Shown here: positions 40,406 to 52,740 of the stretch, one piece after another | Layout: each line of letters begins with the position of its first letter | Numbering within the stretch: the stretch's first letter is position 1 | Assembly: GCA_964016885.1 (NCBI GenBank) | Contig: OZ024741.1 | Span: 205,220,001-205,284,000 of the forward strand | DNA from: Eledone cirrhosa | Taxonomy: Eukaryota | Direction: 5' to 3' | DNA length: 64,000 nucleotides | Translations under genes and position numbers: made by a program | Notes under the pieces: generated by a model | Seen by the model: the letters and a program-made list of their open reading frames with translations, nothing else | What the model was told of the DNA's origin: nothing | The model's database searches: none

Positions 40406-41780
40406 ATCATCATCATCGTTTTACGTCCGTTCTTCCATGCTAGCATGGGTTAAACGGGTTGTCCTGCTGTGGGCAGTGCCCGGTCGGCTGACCTTGTCTT
40501 GCTCACACAGGAACTGATTCTGGCTTGATTTCTACAGCTGGATGCCCTTCCTAACACCAACCTCATTTACAGTGTGGGCTGGGTGCTTTTTTGCCGTGGC
40601 ACCTCCACGACCAATTTGCAGTGGGAGGGTGTGAGGGCATATTGTCTATATGCTTCAGCTTCGGCTTGTACCCGTGGGAGGTCGGGTACTCTGTATTACT
40701 GCGTGACGCCAGAGGTGACGGTCGTGTGTCATCGCCTTTGAGAGGTGTAATTGGGTAAGGTCGGCTTTTATCCCCTCATCCCAGGTCTTCTTGGGTCTCC
40801 CCACTCCGTGGTTTCCATCGACTTCTAATGCTCTGCACCTTTTCATGCAGCTGTCATCCTTCATACGCATCACATGTCCATACCAACGCAACTGCCTCTC
40901 CTGCACACAGCATTTGATTCCTCTTATGCTCAGTCTCTCTCTCAATTCATTTATGCTTTGCCGTTCGCGTACATTACTATTACACATCCATCGGAGCATG
41001 CAGGCTTCGTTTCTTTCTAATCTACGTAAGTCTTCCACCTTCAGCGCCCAGGTCTCGCTACCATGCAACATTGCTGTTCGTATACACGCATCATACAGTC
41101 TGCCTTTCATTTTGAGGGAAAAGCTTTTTGCAGCTAGCAGTAGCTCCCTGAACTTCTTCCATCCCGTTCTTACCCTAGTTATTGTACTTTCTGAACACCC
41201 ACTTCCACTGCTAATTCGGACACCTAGGTAGCAGAAGCTGTCTACTGTTTCTACAGAGCCCTCCCAGAGATTGTTGGTACTTGTTTCCTGTGGCTGTTTG
41301 CTGCTTGCTGTCCCAACACAGCTGCGACATGTGAAGCCTACATTCTTAATTAAGCTTCCTGAGATCCCGCTACATCTCTTGTGTACCCATTGTTTGGATT
41401 TGGGACAGAGAATGGAGTTCCTACCTACAACTTTCCTACAAACTGAGCAAGGCCATTTCCCTGAGGGGATCTGGGTTCTGTTTTCTCATCTACTTATGAG
41501 GACCTTGGTCTTTGTCAGGTTGACTTTGAGACCCTTTCTTTTTAGTCCCTGCTTCCAAGTTTGGAATTTCTTCTCTAGTTAGTTCTACCATAGATTCAGC
41601 TATAAGTGCGAGGTCACCTGCATACAGGAGTTCCCATGGGCATCCGGTCTTAAACTCCTCTGTTATTGCCTGCAGGACTATGATGAACAGGAGAGGACTA
41701 AGAACAGAGCCCTGGTGGACACTAAATTCCTCGCTATACTCATTGCTAATCCTAACTTTGCTGACTACTCCCCTATATAT
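40404..41780 (-). mobile_element. 5'-truncated RTE LINE family 3 with PHD finger, frameshifted
   Basis: VHQGSVLSP, YAGD, WPCSVCRK..CPKSKQWVHKRC..CRSC and MKGRLYDAC..TRPPTGTSRS*. 3'UTR and (GAT)n run into (CA)n; the 5' end lies in (TA)n. Confidence 0.92.
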
Positions 41781-41919
41781 ATATATATTACAAGTGCCAC
41801 ACAACAACCACTTTGTGCACAACAGCGCAGACAAAATGATCAGAAGTCAAATAGGCACATCTCTATTTACATATGTATCTATCTTTGGACAGTAAATACA
41901 AAATCCATCTTCTTACCTC

Positions 41920-42070
41920 TCTGTCTACCTATCTACCTACCCAACTATCTGTCTATCTACCTACATATCTGTATATCTATCTATCTACTTACATATCTGT
42001 ATATCTATCTACCTACTTACATATCTGTATATCTATCTACCTACTTACATATTTGTATATCTATCTACCT
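41920..42070. repeat. (TATC/TACC)n microsatellite with a ~28 bp higher-order unit
   Basis: Direct inspection. Confidence 0.85.
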
Positions 42071-42104
42071 AATTGCCTCTGATCGTCAATGTATAGTTAT
42101 CTAA

Positions 42105-43260
42105 TTATGCCTGATGAACACCTACCTGCACATTGAACCTCTCATTAAACTCATTACCTAATCTCACTCTACTGACAGCACCTCTGTACATAGCTTGCAC
42201 TGATCTCATAAGCCATTCTTTGCCATGTTTCCTTAAAGACCACCAGATGACAGGTTGTGGTTCTCTGTCAAAAGCCTTCTCCAGATCAATGAAAACTAGA
42301 TATAGTGGCTTACACTTAGTGAAACAACTACAAGAGAGGTTCCAGCTAAGAAGTGGTGATCCTCCCTGGCACAAAACCAAACCTCATCTAATCTTTGTTG
42401 TGTTAAAACTCTTTCTGGTCACTTTCATAACTTGGTTCATCAGATTTATGTCCTATAGTCGCCCCTTTCTATTGCATCACCTTTACCCGTATAACAATTT
42501 ATGAGTATACAGCTGTACTAGTTATTGGGTATGGCCCATCATGTGTCACCTAATTGGTTGTGCAGGTGACTAGTTCAATACCTACTTCCTCAGAAGATTT
42601 CAGCATCTCTGTGACTATCTTTGACAGATCAGTGGCTTTACTATTTTTCATCTCTTTGATTTTTTTCTTTTACCCTATAACTGTCAATTTTGATAACTGT
42701 TCCTTTTTTTTTTTTAGTCAAATGAGGCTAGTCTCTCTTCCTCTCACTCATTTTCCATATTCATCAACTTCCCATAATAACATCTCTAGGCCTTTATTTA
42801 ATTTATTTTATTTATTTTTCTACCAACAACATCCTGGTTTTCACCTACACACTGTTTTGTGATGCATAATACCTCACATCTCTGACTCATACTGAAAGAA
42901 GTTGGCAAACTTTTGACTTCATTGCGTGCTATGTATATTTGTTGTATAGTTTCTCGTAGCTACATGGTACTGATTTTTGTTGCCCCCACATTTCCGATCT
43001 TGGCTTAAACAGCTCTATCCACAGTACCAGGTCACCCACCCTCTTTCTGGCTGGTGGTTTGCTCTATTCACAAGTTTCGTCAGTAGCTTACAATAGGTTT
43101 CCTGTAGAAATTTCCTGTAGAATAATCCTCTGGGTCATAATGTATCTAACTTCTCCCTCTTATCATATGCATCATGTAGTTTTTTCTGAACCTATATTTA
43201 ACAGAGAGGTCCTTTAGTTTCTACTCTCCTTCACCAGATTTTCCTGTATTTTTTGTCCCA
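42105..43260 (-). mobile_element. Older degenerate RTE internal fragment
   Basis: KPLYLVFIDLEKAFDR..VIWWSLRK..VQVGVHQ; upstream AEMLKSSEEVG and RVGDLV remnants. Confidence 0.75.
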
Positions 43261-44601
43261 GTCAAAACATAGCACACACAAAAAATTTAAATTTAAAAAA
43301 ATGATTTGCCACTTTTAAGAATTACTAAATACCAGAAAACAATCAACTAAAAAATAGCATTTAAAAAAAATTAAACTATAAGAAACTTTAGATGAAAACT
43401 TTACATGGAGTGCTTTGAAAAATGAAAGTATGGAGAAAATCTGTTTAGAAAATTCATGTTTCTCTCCACCAAATTGTAATAAAAAAAAAAATAAAGGAAT
43501 AATGTGTTTTAGCTAGCACCTAAACAATCTCAGAATTATGGAATAATATTCACAATGCAATGTCAAAAGAGATGGTCTGGCCTTGCTGGAGGAGGAAAAA
43601 GGTGAAATAAAATATAAAAATGAAGACTTACACCAGATATTGCAGTATGACTTTATAATTTCTTGATTAATTCTCCATAAGAATGAAATATTCGGAAAAT
43701 AACGGTACTTCTTATACATTCCAACCAAAAGCCATTTTACAAGGTCTGGCTAGATTATAGAGAAAAATGTACACACTAAAGCTGTTGTTTTCTAGAGATT
43801 TACAGTAGAACTAAACACTTGCTATTAGGTGGAAAATCAGGAGATGGTAATGGTGTGATTAACAATTACTCGAGAGGATATGCTGTATGTATAAATGCAT
43901 GCACCCCATATAACACAAACTTCTCACTTTCATGTCGTGTGTATTTCTATATCTACAAGTGTTATAGAAAGAAGGAAAAGAGGTAAATATTCAAACAATT
44001 TGAAAACTAGAATTTTCAAACATTTGTGTGGCCATCAAGAGGATTTTGTCATATTAAAAACATATATCAAATATATATATATATGGCAACATGAATGGAC
44101 CTGTTATTTTTCTCTAAAAAAAACATTTTCCGGTTCCGCCCCGTCCATCCCCTCAATCTTTCTAATTTCTCATTCTTTCTTCTGATAACTAGATTCCGAA
44201 ACATTAAGACCCTCTTCCTGCTATTTCAAGCGTTAAACATCGCTCTACATGGCTGAATACAATAAATGTAATCTGAAATTTTCGGGGTCATTCTACTGAC
44301 ATGGCTTAAAGAGGCTGTTTGCATAATTGCAAATGAATCGTATATTATTATTAATATTCGAAAAAATCAGATTACATTTATATCTATATATTCTATTTGC
44401 ACTGAGAATGAAAAGATGGCTTCAGGAGACATTTTATTCCAACAATTTATTGTAGTAGTATATTGTGGTAAAGGGTTTTAAGCATACTGATAAATACTCA
44501 GAAGTGGGTGTAAATCAGCTATACAAAACATTGACAAATTTCAGCACCATATCGACAGGAAATAAGATACCAACAGTTGATTTCTTTGTTTAATCTATGG
44601 T

Positions 44602-44652
<51 letters not shown>

Positions 44653-45295
44653 GCAGATAAAAAGAAAAAAACGTCAGATATTAGTATCATTCAAAATTGA
44701 TGAGAAATAAAAATTATTAATACTATATCTACAAAATTTATGGTTTAACTTAGGAATTTTGGATGAATTAAAAAGGAAATACAAAAAAAAAACTTTATAT
44801 TATATATCCTGAAAAAAGGATTTGGTGAAACAATTCAAGAAATTTTTTTTTTTTTTTATTGAAATTTACAATAATTTTTAAAACTTGATTTTTCGTTACA
44901 TAATTATATATATTTTTATAATAATAATCCGAGAAAAAAGTTTATTGAGGATAGTCAAAATGAAGAATAAGGAAAATGGTATTAAAAGAACACACAATTG
45001 GCTACAATATAAATGCTTTTGGCAACATTAAATTTTTTTTTTTTTCCTGTAAATTTTTGTTGTATTATATTTCCAAGCTGAAATTGTATATAGACATTTC
45101 TTTAAACAGTGTAATTATCTTAATATAACCTACATTACACTGCTTAAAGAAATGAAAACAAATTTAATTACATTAGGAAAATGAAATGTAAATACTGCAA
45201 CAAAAAGAAAAGCAAATATAGACATCAAAATTTATGTAGTTAATGTTAAGATTAGTACAAAAATATGAGGTTCTAAAAGAAAATGTAAGCATTAC

Positions 45296-45563
45296 CTTCT
45301 TCAACAGTGGCATCCAATTGTTTCACCTTTCTGTGTACATCCTCCATGCGAGACTGCAAGTGGTTGAGTCTGTTGTACACAGAGGATGCTTCTGAAAACA
45401 GCTCAGTGAACAGGTCCTCAGCATGTTTGCTCAAGCTGCTCAACTGGCGAATAGTATTAGCTAGTGTATTGTTTGCTACACATTCTAACTCATTCCTTAC
45501 ACCTGGATGTACCCCTACATTACTCACATGGACTGGCTCCACTATACGCTTTATCAAAGGCAT
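45296..45563 (-). CDS. WASF: First coding exon of a WAVE/SCAR (WASF) gene encoding the N-terminal WAVE homology domain; exon 45578-45296
   Basis: MPLIKRIVEPVHVS..NELECVANNTLANTIRQLSSLSKHAEDLFTELFSEA..LDATVEE. Acceptor TTTCTTATTTTTTCCAG (AG at 45580-79) and donor GAAG|GTAATG (GT at 45295-94), phase 1. Confidence 0.95.
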
Positions 45564-47034
45564 CTTTCACTCACAGACCTGGAAAAAATAAGAAAGAGCA
45601 GTTCAATAATATACCAAGAAAAAATAGATACTTTCTTTTAAATGCTTTTTAGATGATAATTTCAAGAGAAGCTTTTTAAAAAATGGCAAAAAGGAAAAAA
45701 AATCTGTGATCAAATTTTGAAAACATTCTAAGTAACTACAAACATAAATGGTGAATTTTTTCCAAGCAGATGGTCATCATTCTTTGAGTTTATTTGACAT
45801 CAACTTTACAAAGAATAACTTAACCCTCTATTCATTTATAATATCTTAAGTGTAGATATTTCTTATCAAGCAAGAGTACATGAAAAATTAATTCAATTTA
45901 CAATATATCCTGTCTCTTAACATCACATAGCAGTACATTTTAGCAGAGTCCATTTCATTACAAGCAATTGGACTAGATACACTCCTATTTCCCTCTCCAC
46001 CCACATTTTCCCTACATCTTCCACATGAATCTTCCCAGTCTAGGTAGGGCTACTTAAGCCATAGGTATGCCCTTTCTATCCAGCAAATAAGGATGATAAC
46101 AATTTTAAACCCCTCACCCAAAATATTTAACTGTAAGAAAAGAAATAGAAAAAAGGTAATTTGTTTAATACCAACTCAGCCAAAACTGGCTCCAGTTCTA
46201 CAAAACAAAACCACCCATTTTAAGTGTTCCTATTTAAATTAGAATATTCCAACATAATTTTATAAAAGTCATGTTAAGTTACTATCTTAGTAATGAAATA
46301 ATTTTAGTAAAAACCCTCAAAATTCTTCATTAATTAATTGGAATAGAGTACTTCATTAGAAATACAGCCATGAAAGAGTTAAACATATATACAGTGTTTG
46401 TTGATTGAACAGTGATAATATAGGATTGAAGAGGACTCTTCAGTCAGGCTGATCTTGAGACAACCTCTTTAGTGCTGGTGCTACAATAAATGCACCCTGT
46501 ACACACAAAAATATGGAACGTATTAGACATGGCCATAAGACTGGTCTGGATATGGTTGTCAAGACAGAATAGTCCTCTTAAACAACTACATTTTCTCAAT
46601 TCGATCGCCAACACTGTAGCCTCCGATCTCTCAATGTTTCCTTTTACTGTCGCAGTTCTTATATTGATGAATGAGTCTTTTCTATTATGGGATATCGCCA
46701 GTCAATTCTGTTCTGTGTCACCATTGTGAAGTTCAGTTTCTATATAACCATCAGCACAACCTTTTAACAAGATGAGACTGGCTGACATATCCTGAACGTC
46801 ACATTACATTACACTCAACCAACTAACCAGCATGGTCTAGACCCACAAGTCTGAATCATGACATATCTAGGTTACTGGTAATTATTGCATTAGCTACCAA
46901 CATCATGCCATTAAGACCGCTCCATTACAATATTTAATGACAATCTTGAAAATTTATAAATATAAGTGTTTGATCCTTATTTTAAATAGTCATTTACCCC
47001 CACTTAATTAAACGTTAAATCTGCATGTGAATTA

Positions 47035-47395
47035 CGAGGGTTGGCTGAAAAGTTCATAGGCTGATTATGAAGGAATGATGCTAGAGCTGTGAAATCTTGA
47101 ATGCGTTAATTCAACTCTTCTTATTAATAACTACATTGTTTCGTTTCAAGTAAACTGACATCTGACTGTTCAAAGAAGACTTCAAAAGTCACTAGTCTCT
47201 TAAAAATGGCACCATGGTGTTAACAAGTACCTGCAGAAAAGGGGTTTAGCCACCAAGAACATTCATGCTGACATGGTTGCTACATTAGAGGATGATGCTC
47301 CAGCTTTATCAACAGAGCAAAAGTGAGCAGCTGAATTTAGGAGGGGAAGTGAGAGTCTTGAAGATGACCCTGCAACTGCCACCACCAAGGAAAAC
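47035..47395 (+). mobile_element. Mariner 5' fragment
   Basis: TA|CGAGGGTTGGCTGAAAAGTT terminus and N-terminal transposase KYLQKRGLATKNIHADMVATLEDDAPALST.QK*AAEFRRG.ESLEDDP. Confidence 0.85.
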
Positions 47396-50132
47396 AAACA
47401 GTTTTATAGAGTAGAATCAGTCTGTTTCAGGCAGTTTGGTATCAGATGGGTTAAGGAATATTGTAAATAGAAAAGCAATTTTCATGCTCTGCCACAAAAA
47501 GTTCTGGACTAAGACACCAAAAAAATTAAGAACTTGATTCAAACAAGTTTTGTGGCGAATTATTTGAAAAAAATGTAGAGAAAACTGTATAAATTAATTG
47601 CTCTTTGCAACAGGAATCAACGTAATAACTCAAACTTTTCTGCTTAACATGACCCCCTTTCTCTCATTTATAAATTAAAAACAATTAAATTTACAGCTCA
47701 CACATATAGCTGGATTCCTACAAGGTTGCAAATGGTAAGAGGTTTCTTGGGTGTTTTAATGATGGAGACCCCAATTCTATCATGAAAAGCAATATGAAAA
47801 GAACACACTATGCTACCTGGTCCAAGAATTGAACTTAATGACCTTATGATTGTGAGTCCAATACCCATTATAATTTTATGCATTGTTAAGTCATGTTGAA
47901 AACACTAGCTTAATAATGGTTTCTGATTTAAGCATAAGTCCAACAATTTTGGGAGCGGAGAAAGTCAATTAAATTACTGGTACTTTATTTAATCAACCCC
48001 GTAAAGATGAAAGGCAAAGCTAACCTTGGCAGTATTTGAAATCAGAACGTAAAAGGCCATAACTATGCCACAAAGCATGTTGCCCAACACTCTACTGATA
48101 CTGCCAATCCCCCATCTTACACCAGCTTTATAACGAGAAAATTTTGTTATATTACTAAAGTCCTCCCAATTCTTAATTATTTGAAAATCCTAGACAATAT
48201 CTTTCATTAGAAATATGTTATTTGGACATGTTCATGTGAACTGCACACAATAGGAAAAAAGGCATTTACAACTGGATGCCCTTCCTTTAACTTCTCAACA
48301 GCATACATCTAAGTGCAGCCCATTTTCCAACTAATTTACGTATATCATCTATAGTGTCTAAATGCAATATTTTGTGTAGCAACCCATACAAGATTACTCT
48401 AGTCACTTATTCAACAGCTATGAAATCTTATATAAAAAAAAGATGAAAAAAAACACTTCAACTATATTTGTAATCCAACAGTTAGATTATTGGTGGTCTA
48501 CAGCAGCAAGGATTCAGTTGCTGTTTAGTTCCAGATCAGCCCTCAGTCAGTAGACATATAATTAAAGGCATTCCAGCCATGACTGTCCTTTTTTTCAATC
48601 AGTGCCCTTCCTTTTATTAAGATAGGTATGATTTGAAAGCAATTTGGCTGTTATTTCTAGCAGATCAAGAATAGACTTGTGAGGCTAATGCAATTTATAA
48701 TGGATCTTCTAGAAGTGTTGAAGGCTTAGTATTTAATACAAAGAGAGAGAAACTATAATAGCTTTAATAATCTAACAGCTCAGAAACTATAATAGCTTTA
48801 ATAATCTAATATTTATCTAGCAATCCTGAAACTAATCACCAGCTATATTTATTGTTTAGTAAAAAAAAAATATATATATATACTTTATACAAATAGCAAG
48901 TATTAAGAAAAGACAAAGTAGAAGAAAACAGTGACAGCAAGTCAAATGTAACAGGTGAATAGATAGATAGAAAGTTAGCAAAGCAATATTGTGACAAAAA
49001 TTACTGTTTCAGACAAGTCAAAATGGCATTTGCTGTATTTTTTTTTTTATTAATGTCAGTATAGAAATCACTCTAAACTTTTAATAAATAAAATCCCTTC
49101 ATAATATATGAAATATGGACTCTTAAATTAGATTAATTTTACTAGTGCTTTCTTCATACGCGATTAATGAAATCATGATGGAAGGTCTTTAGATACGTTT
49201 TTTAAACACTTTAAAACCAGCAGGGTCAGTTTCAGGTGGTTTTATATCAAAAGGGTTACAATAGAGGTCTTGGTTCTATCTTGGTTCTATATTAGAAGTG
49301 TAATAAATAATGACATTGAGTTATTAATTAAAGCATTTTTTTCTCTTAAATTATGTGTATTCTTTTAATAATTAAAAAAGATGATTGTTTCATTATAGTT
49401 TCTAAGAATAAGAAAAATTCAGTGTGAGTGGATAAGGCTTAAGATGTGATGGCTAATAATATCTCCATAATATTTTAAAGTAATAACATCCACAAGTAAT
49501 TTGACAAACAAAATGAAAGCCCTTTGTTTTTGCACAAGCACATAAAGAAATAGCAGTCATATCTCTATCAAATCAAACTGTCTTTAAAATGAAACAACAC
49601 ATTAGATAATCCTAGATGCACTATGCCTGAAGAAAACATGAGTCAGTTATGGCTAGAAGATAGTTGCTTGGAAAATGAAATAAATGAAATTTACAGCAGC
49701 TCAAACCTATGCAGGTTTAGCTGGCCTACCACAAGGTTGTATCTTATCAGAGGTTTTTTGTATGTTTTAACAAGAGGTGCCCAGTACTATCATGAATGAA
49801 AAGCAATGATGCCCAGTCCAAGAATTTAAACTACAAACTTATGATATTGAGTCTAACACCTTAATCACTAGGCCACATACCTTCACATAGGTTTGTTGAT
49901 CAAAGCAGACTTGGGACTAAACAATATTTTCCGATTCATATGGAAAAATAGTTTCAATACTTCTATCTGCTTTAATGGTATTATTAACTCCTTGAATCCT
50001 ATGGCTTATTTTACAATTTGAGTTTTCATAAGATATCTTAGAATCACAGCATAAAGAGTTATGTAAGAGAAGCTATCTAATCTGAATATGACACAGACTT
50101 GGTGTTTCTCCAGTAATAGTGGCCCAAATATC

Positions 50133-50325
50133 CATACATATACATACATATATATATATACATACATATATATATATACATACATATATATATATACATA
50201 TACATACATATATATACATACATATACATACATATATATATATACATACATATACATACATATATATATATACATACATATACATACATATATATATATA
50301 CATATACATACATATATATATATAC

Positions 50326-50361
<36 letters not shown>

Positions 50362-51557
50362 ACATACATATATATATATACATACATATATATATATACA
50401 TACATATATACATATACATACATATATATATATACATATACATATATATATATATACATATACATACATATATATATATACATATACATATATATATATA
50501 TACATATACATACATATATATATATACATATACATACATATATATATACATATACATACATATATATATATATATACATATACATACATATATATATACA
50601 TATACATATACATACATATATATATACATATACATACATATATATATATATATACATATACATACATATATATATATATATACATATACATACATATATA
50701 TATACATATACATACATATATATACATATACATACATATATATATATATACATATACATACATATGTATACATATACATACATATATATATATATACATA
50801 TACATACATATATATACATATACATACATATATACATATACATACATATATATATACATATACATACATATATATATACATATACATACATATATATACA
50901 TATATATATATATATACATACATATATATATATACATATACATATATATATATACATATATATATATACATATACATATATATATACATATACATATATA
51001 CATATACATATATATATATATACATATATATATATACATATACATATATACATATACATATATATATATACATATACATACATATATATATATACACATA
51101 TATATATATATATACACATATACATACATATATATATATACACATATACATACATATATATATATACACATATACATACATATATATATATACACATATA
51201 CATACATATATATATATACACATATACATACATATATATATATACACATATACATACATATATATATATACACATATACATACATATATATATATATACA
51301 TATACATATATATATATATATATACATACATATATATATATACATACATATATATATATACATATACATATATATATATATATACATATACATACATATA
51401 TATATACATATACATACATATATATATACATATACATACATATATATATATACATACATACACATACATATACATACACATATATATACATATACATACA
51501 TATATATATACATACATATGTATATACATATACATACATATATATATACATATACAT
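50133..51557. repeat. 1.4 kb (TACA/TA)n compound microsatellite
   Basis: Direct inspection; the long Y/I/H/M/C ORFs here are artefacts. Confidence 0.97.
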
Positions 51558-52157
51558 GGTGGCTGCCAACTCGCGAGTACGGCCACTACTTTATATCCAT
51601 GTAGGAGAACCCCTACTGATGCGCTGAACGAGTGTGACTTTTTAGTCCAGCCAGCGACTTGAAAGCTCTGGTACAAACACTACACTTGTGACAATTATTG
51701 ACACATAGTGCTGGGCCCATGGTACCATGTGACGACAAATGCAGAGAGATCTCCAGATATAAAGCAATGCCTGTGCCGTGAAGCTTTTATAGTGAGCAAA
51801 GGCACTGCACAAAGCCAGTCCCACTCTCTTAACCAAGATGATATTTACCAAAAAGAAGAACAAGTCAACATCATTGGATACCATCAGGGTTGCAGGTGTT
51901 ATATCAGAGTTTTCCTTCTCCTAGAATTCTGCCTTGACAAAGGCTAAGGGGTCATCTCTCCCGGTGATTTTGGATGGCCATTGACTCTTAAGAGCTCCTT
52001 TGCCTTTTGACAGGTTTTGTTTTTAGTCCTGCAGGATGTCCAAAGTCACCCTCCTCACCAAGAAACCTTGGTGGGGTTGCCAGTTTAGTCGCCAACGACC
52101 CGACCATGGGACAGGTTGTACTGGAATACATGTTACCAGTAGCACCAACTGGTGACC
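51558..52157 (-). mobile_element. Bipartite non-autonomous RTE element (copy 1, ~600 bp)
   Basis: Minus strand has the RTE 5'UTR motif CTAGGAGAAGGAAAACTCTGA, a C2H2 finger [23 protein letters not shown] (51684-51613), a terminal CTCG..CGAG TTGGCAGCCACC, then (ATGT)n. Confidence 0.8.
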
Positions 52158-52380
52158 ATACATATACATACATATATATATACATACATATATATATACA
52201 TACATATATATATACATATATATATACATATATATATACATACATATATATATACATATACATACATATATACACGCATATACATATATACACACATATA
52301 CATATACACATACATATATATACATATACATATACATATACACATACATATATATACATATACATACATATACATATACA

Positions 52381-52740
52381 TCTCTTAATTCTGTCGTATT
52401 TTCATAACAAAACAAATCTTGTATTTTCGTTTGTTAAATTATGCCCAAAATACGGGGATCTTATCTTAAACCTTACATTCTCGCTAACAACCCGTCATCC
52501 CTCCCTCCCGCCCCCACGCACCACCATTATTACGTGGACCAATCATAAGTCAGAGGCCCATACTATCGCTTAACTGGTTGCTTTTCGATATGATGGATGG
52601 ACTACGGAATTCTGGAGAGTTGAAGAGAGAAAAATCTGGACGCTCAGCGACAATGCCAAAGATAAAGACAAATTCACCTCGTGGACGAGAATGCAAGCAC
52701 TCCTCCTTGTTTCGGCCGAGGATGGCTAACATAACCCCAT
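52381..52740 (+). promoter_or_regulatory. CpG-rich non-LINE segment with GC box and CCAAT box, fused to the LINE 5' end
   Basis: CCCGCCCCC at 52507-15 and CCAAT at 52539-43. In-frame TAA at 52727, just before APE homology starts. Confidence 0.35.

Noticed and set aside
44125-44160. Promoter-like TTCCGGTTCCGCCCC motif
   Set aside because: An isolated short motif with no supporting context
50006-51676. 478-560 aa ORFs in most frames (also 57736-59449, 31159-31602, 55833-56373)
   Set aside because: They are translations of TA/CA microsatellite, which lacks stop codons; not genes
52075-52157. Possible HDV-like ribozyme at the 5' end of the bipartite RTE (CCAGT/ACTGG, P4-like hairpin, CTAA)
   Set aside because: I could not build consistent P1, P3 and L3 by eye; an RNArobo or Infernal search would settle it
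52670-52735. HDV-like motif TTCACCTCGTGGA...GGCTAA
   Set aside because: No P2 partner after CTAA and no proper adjacent P1
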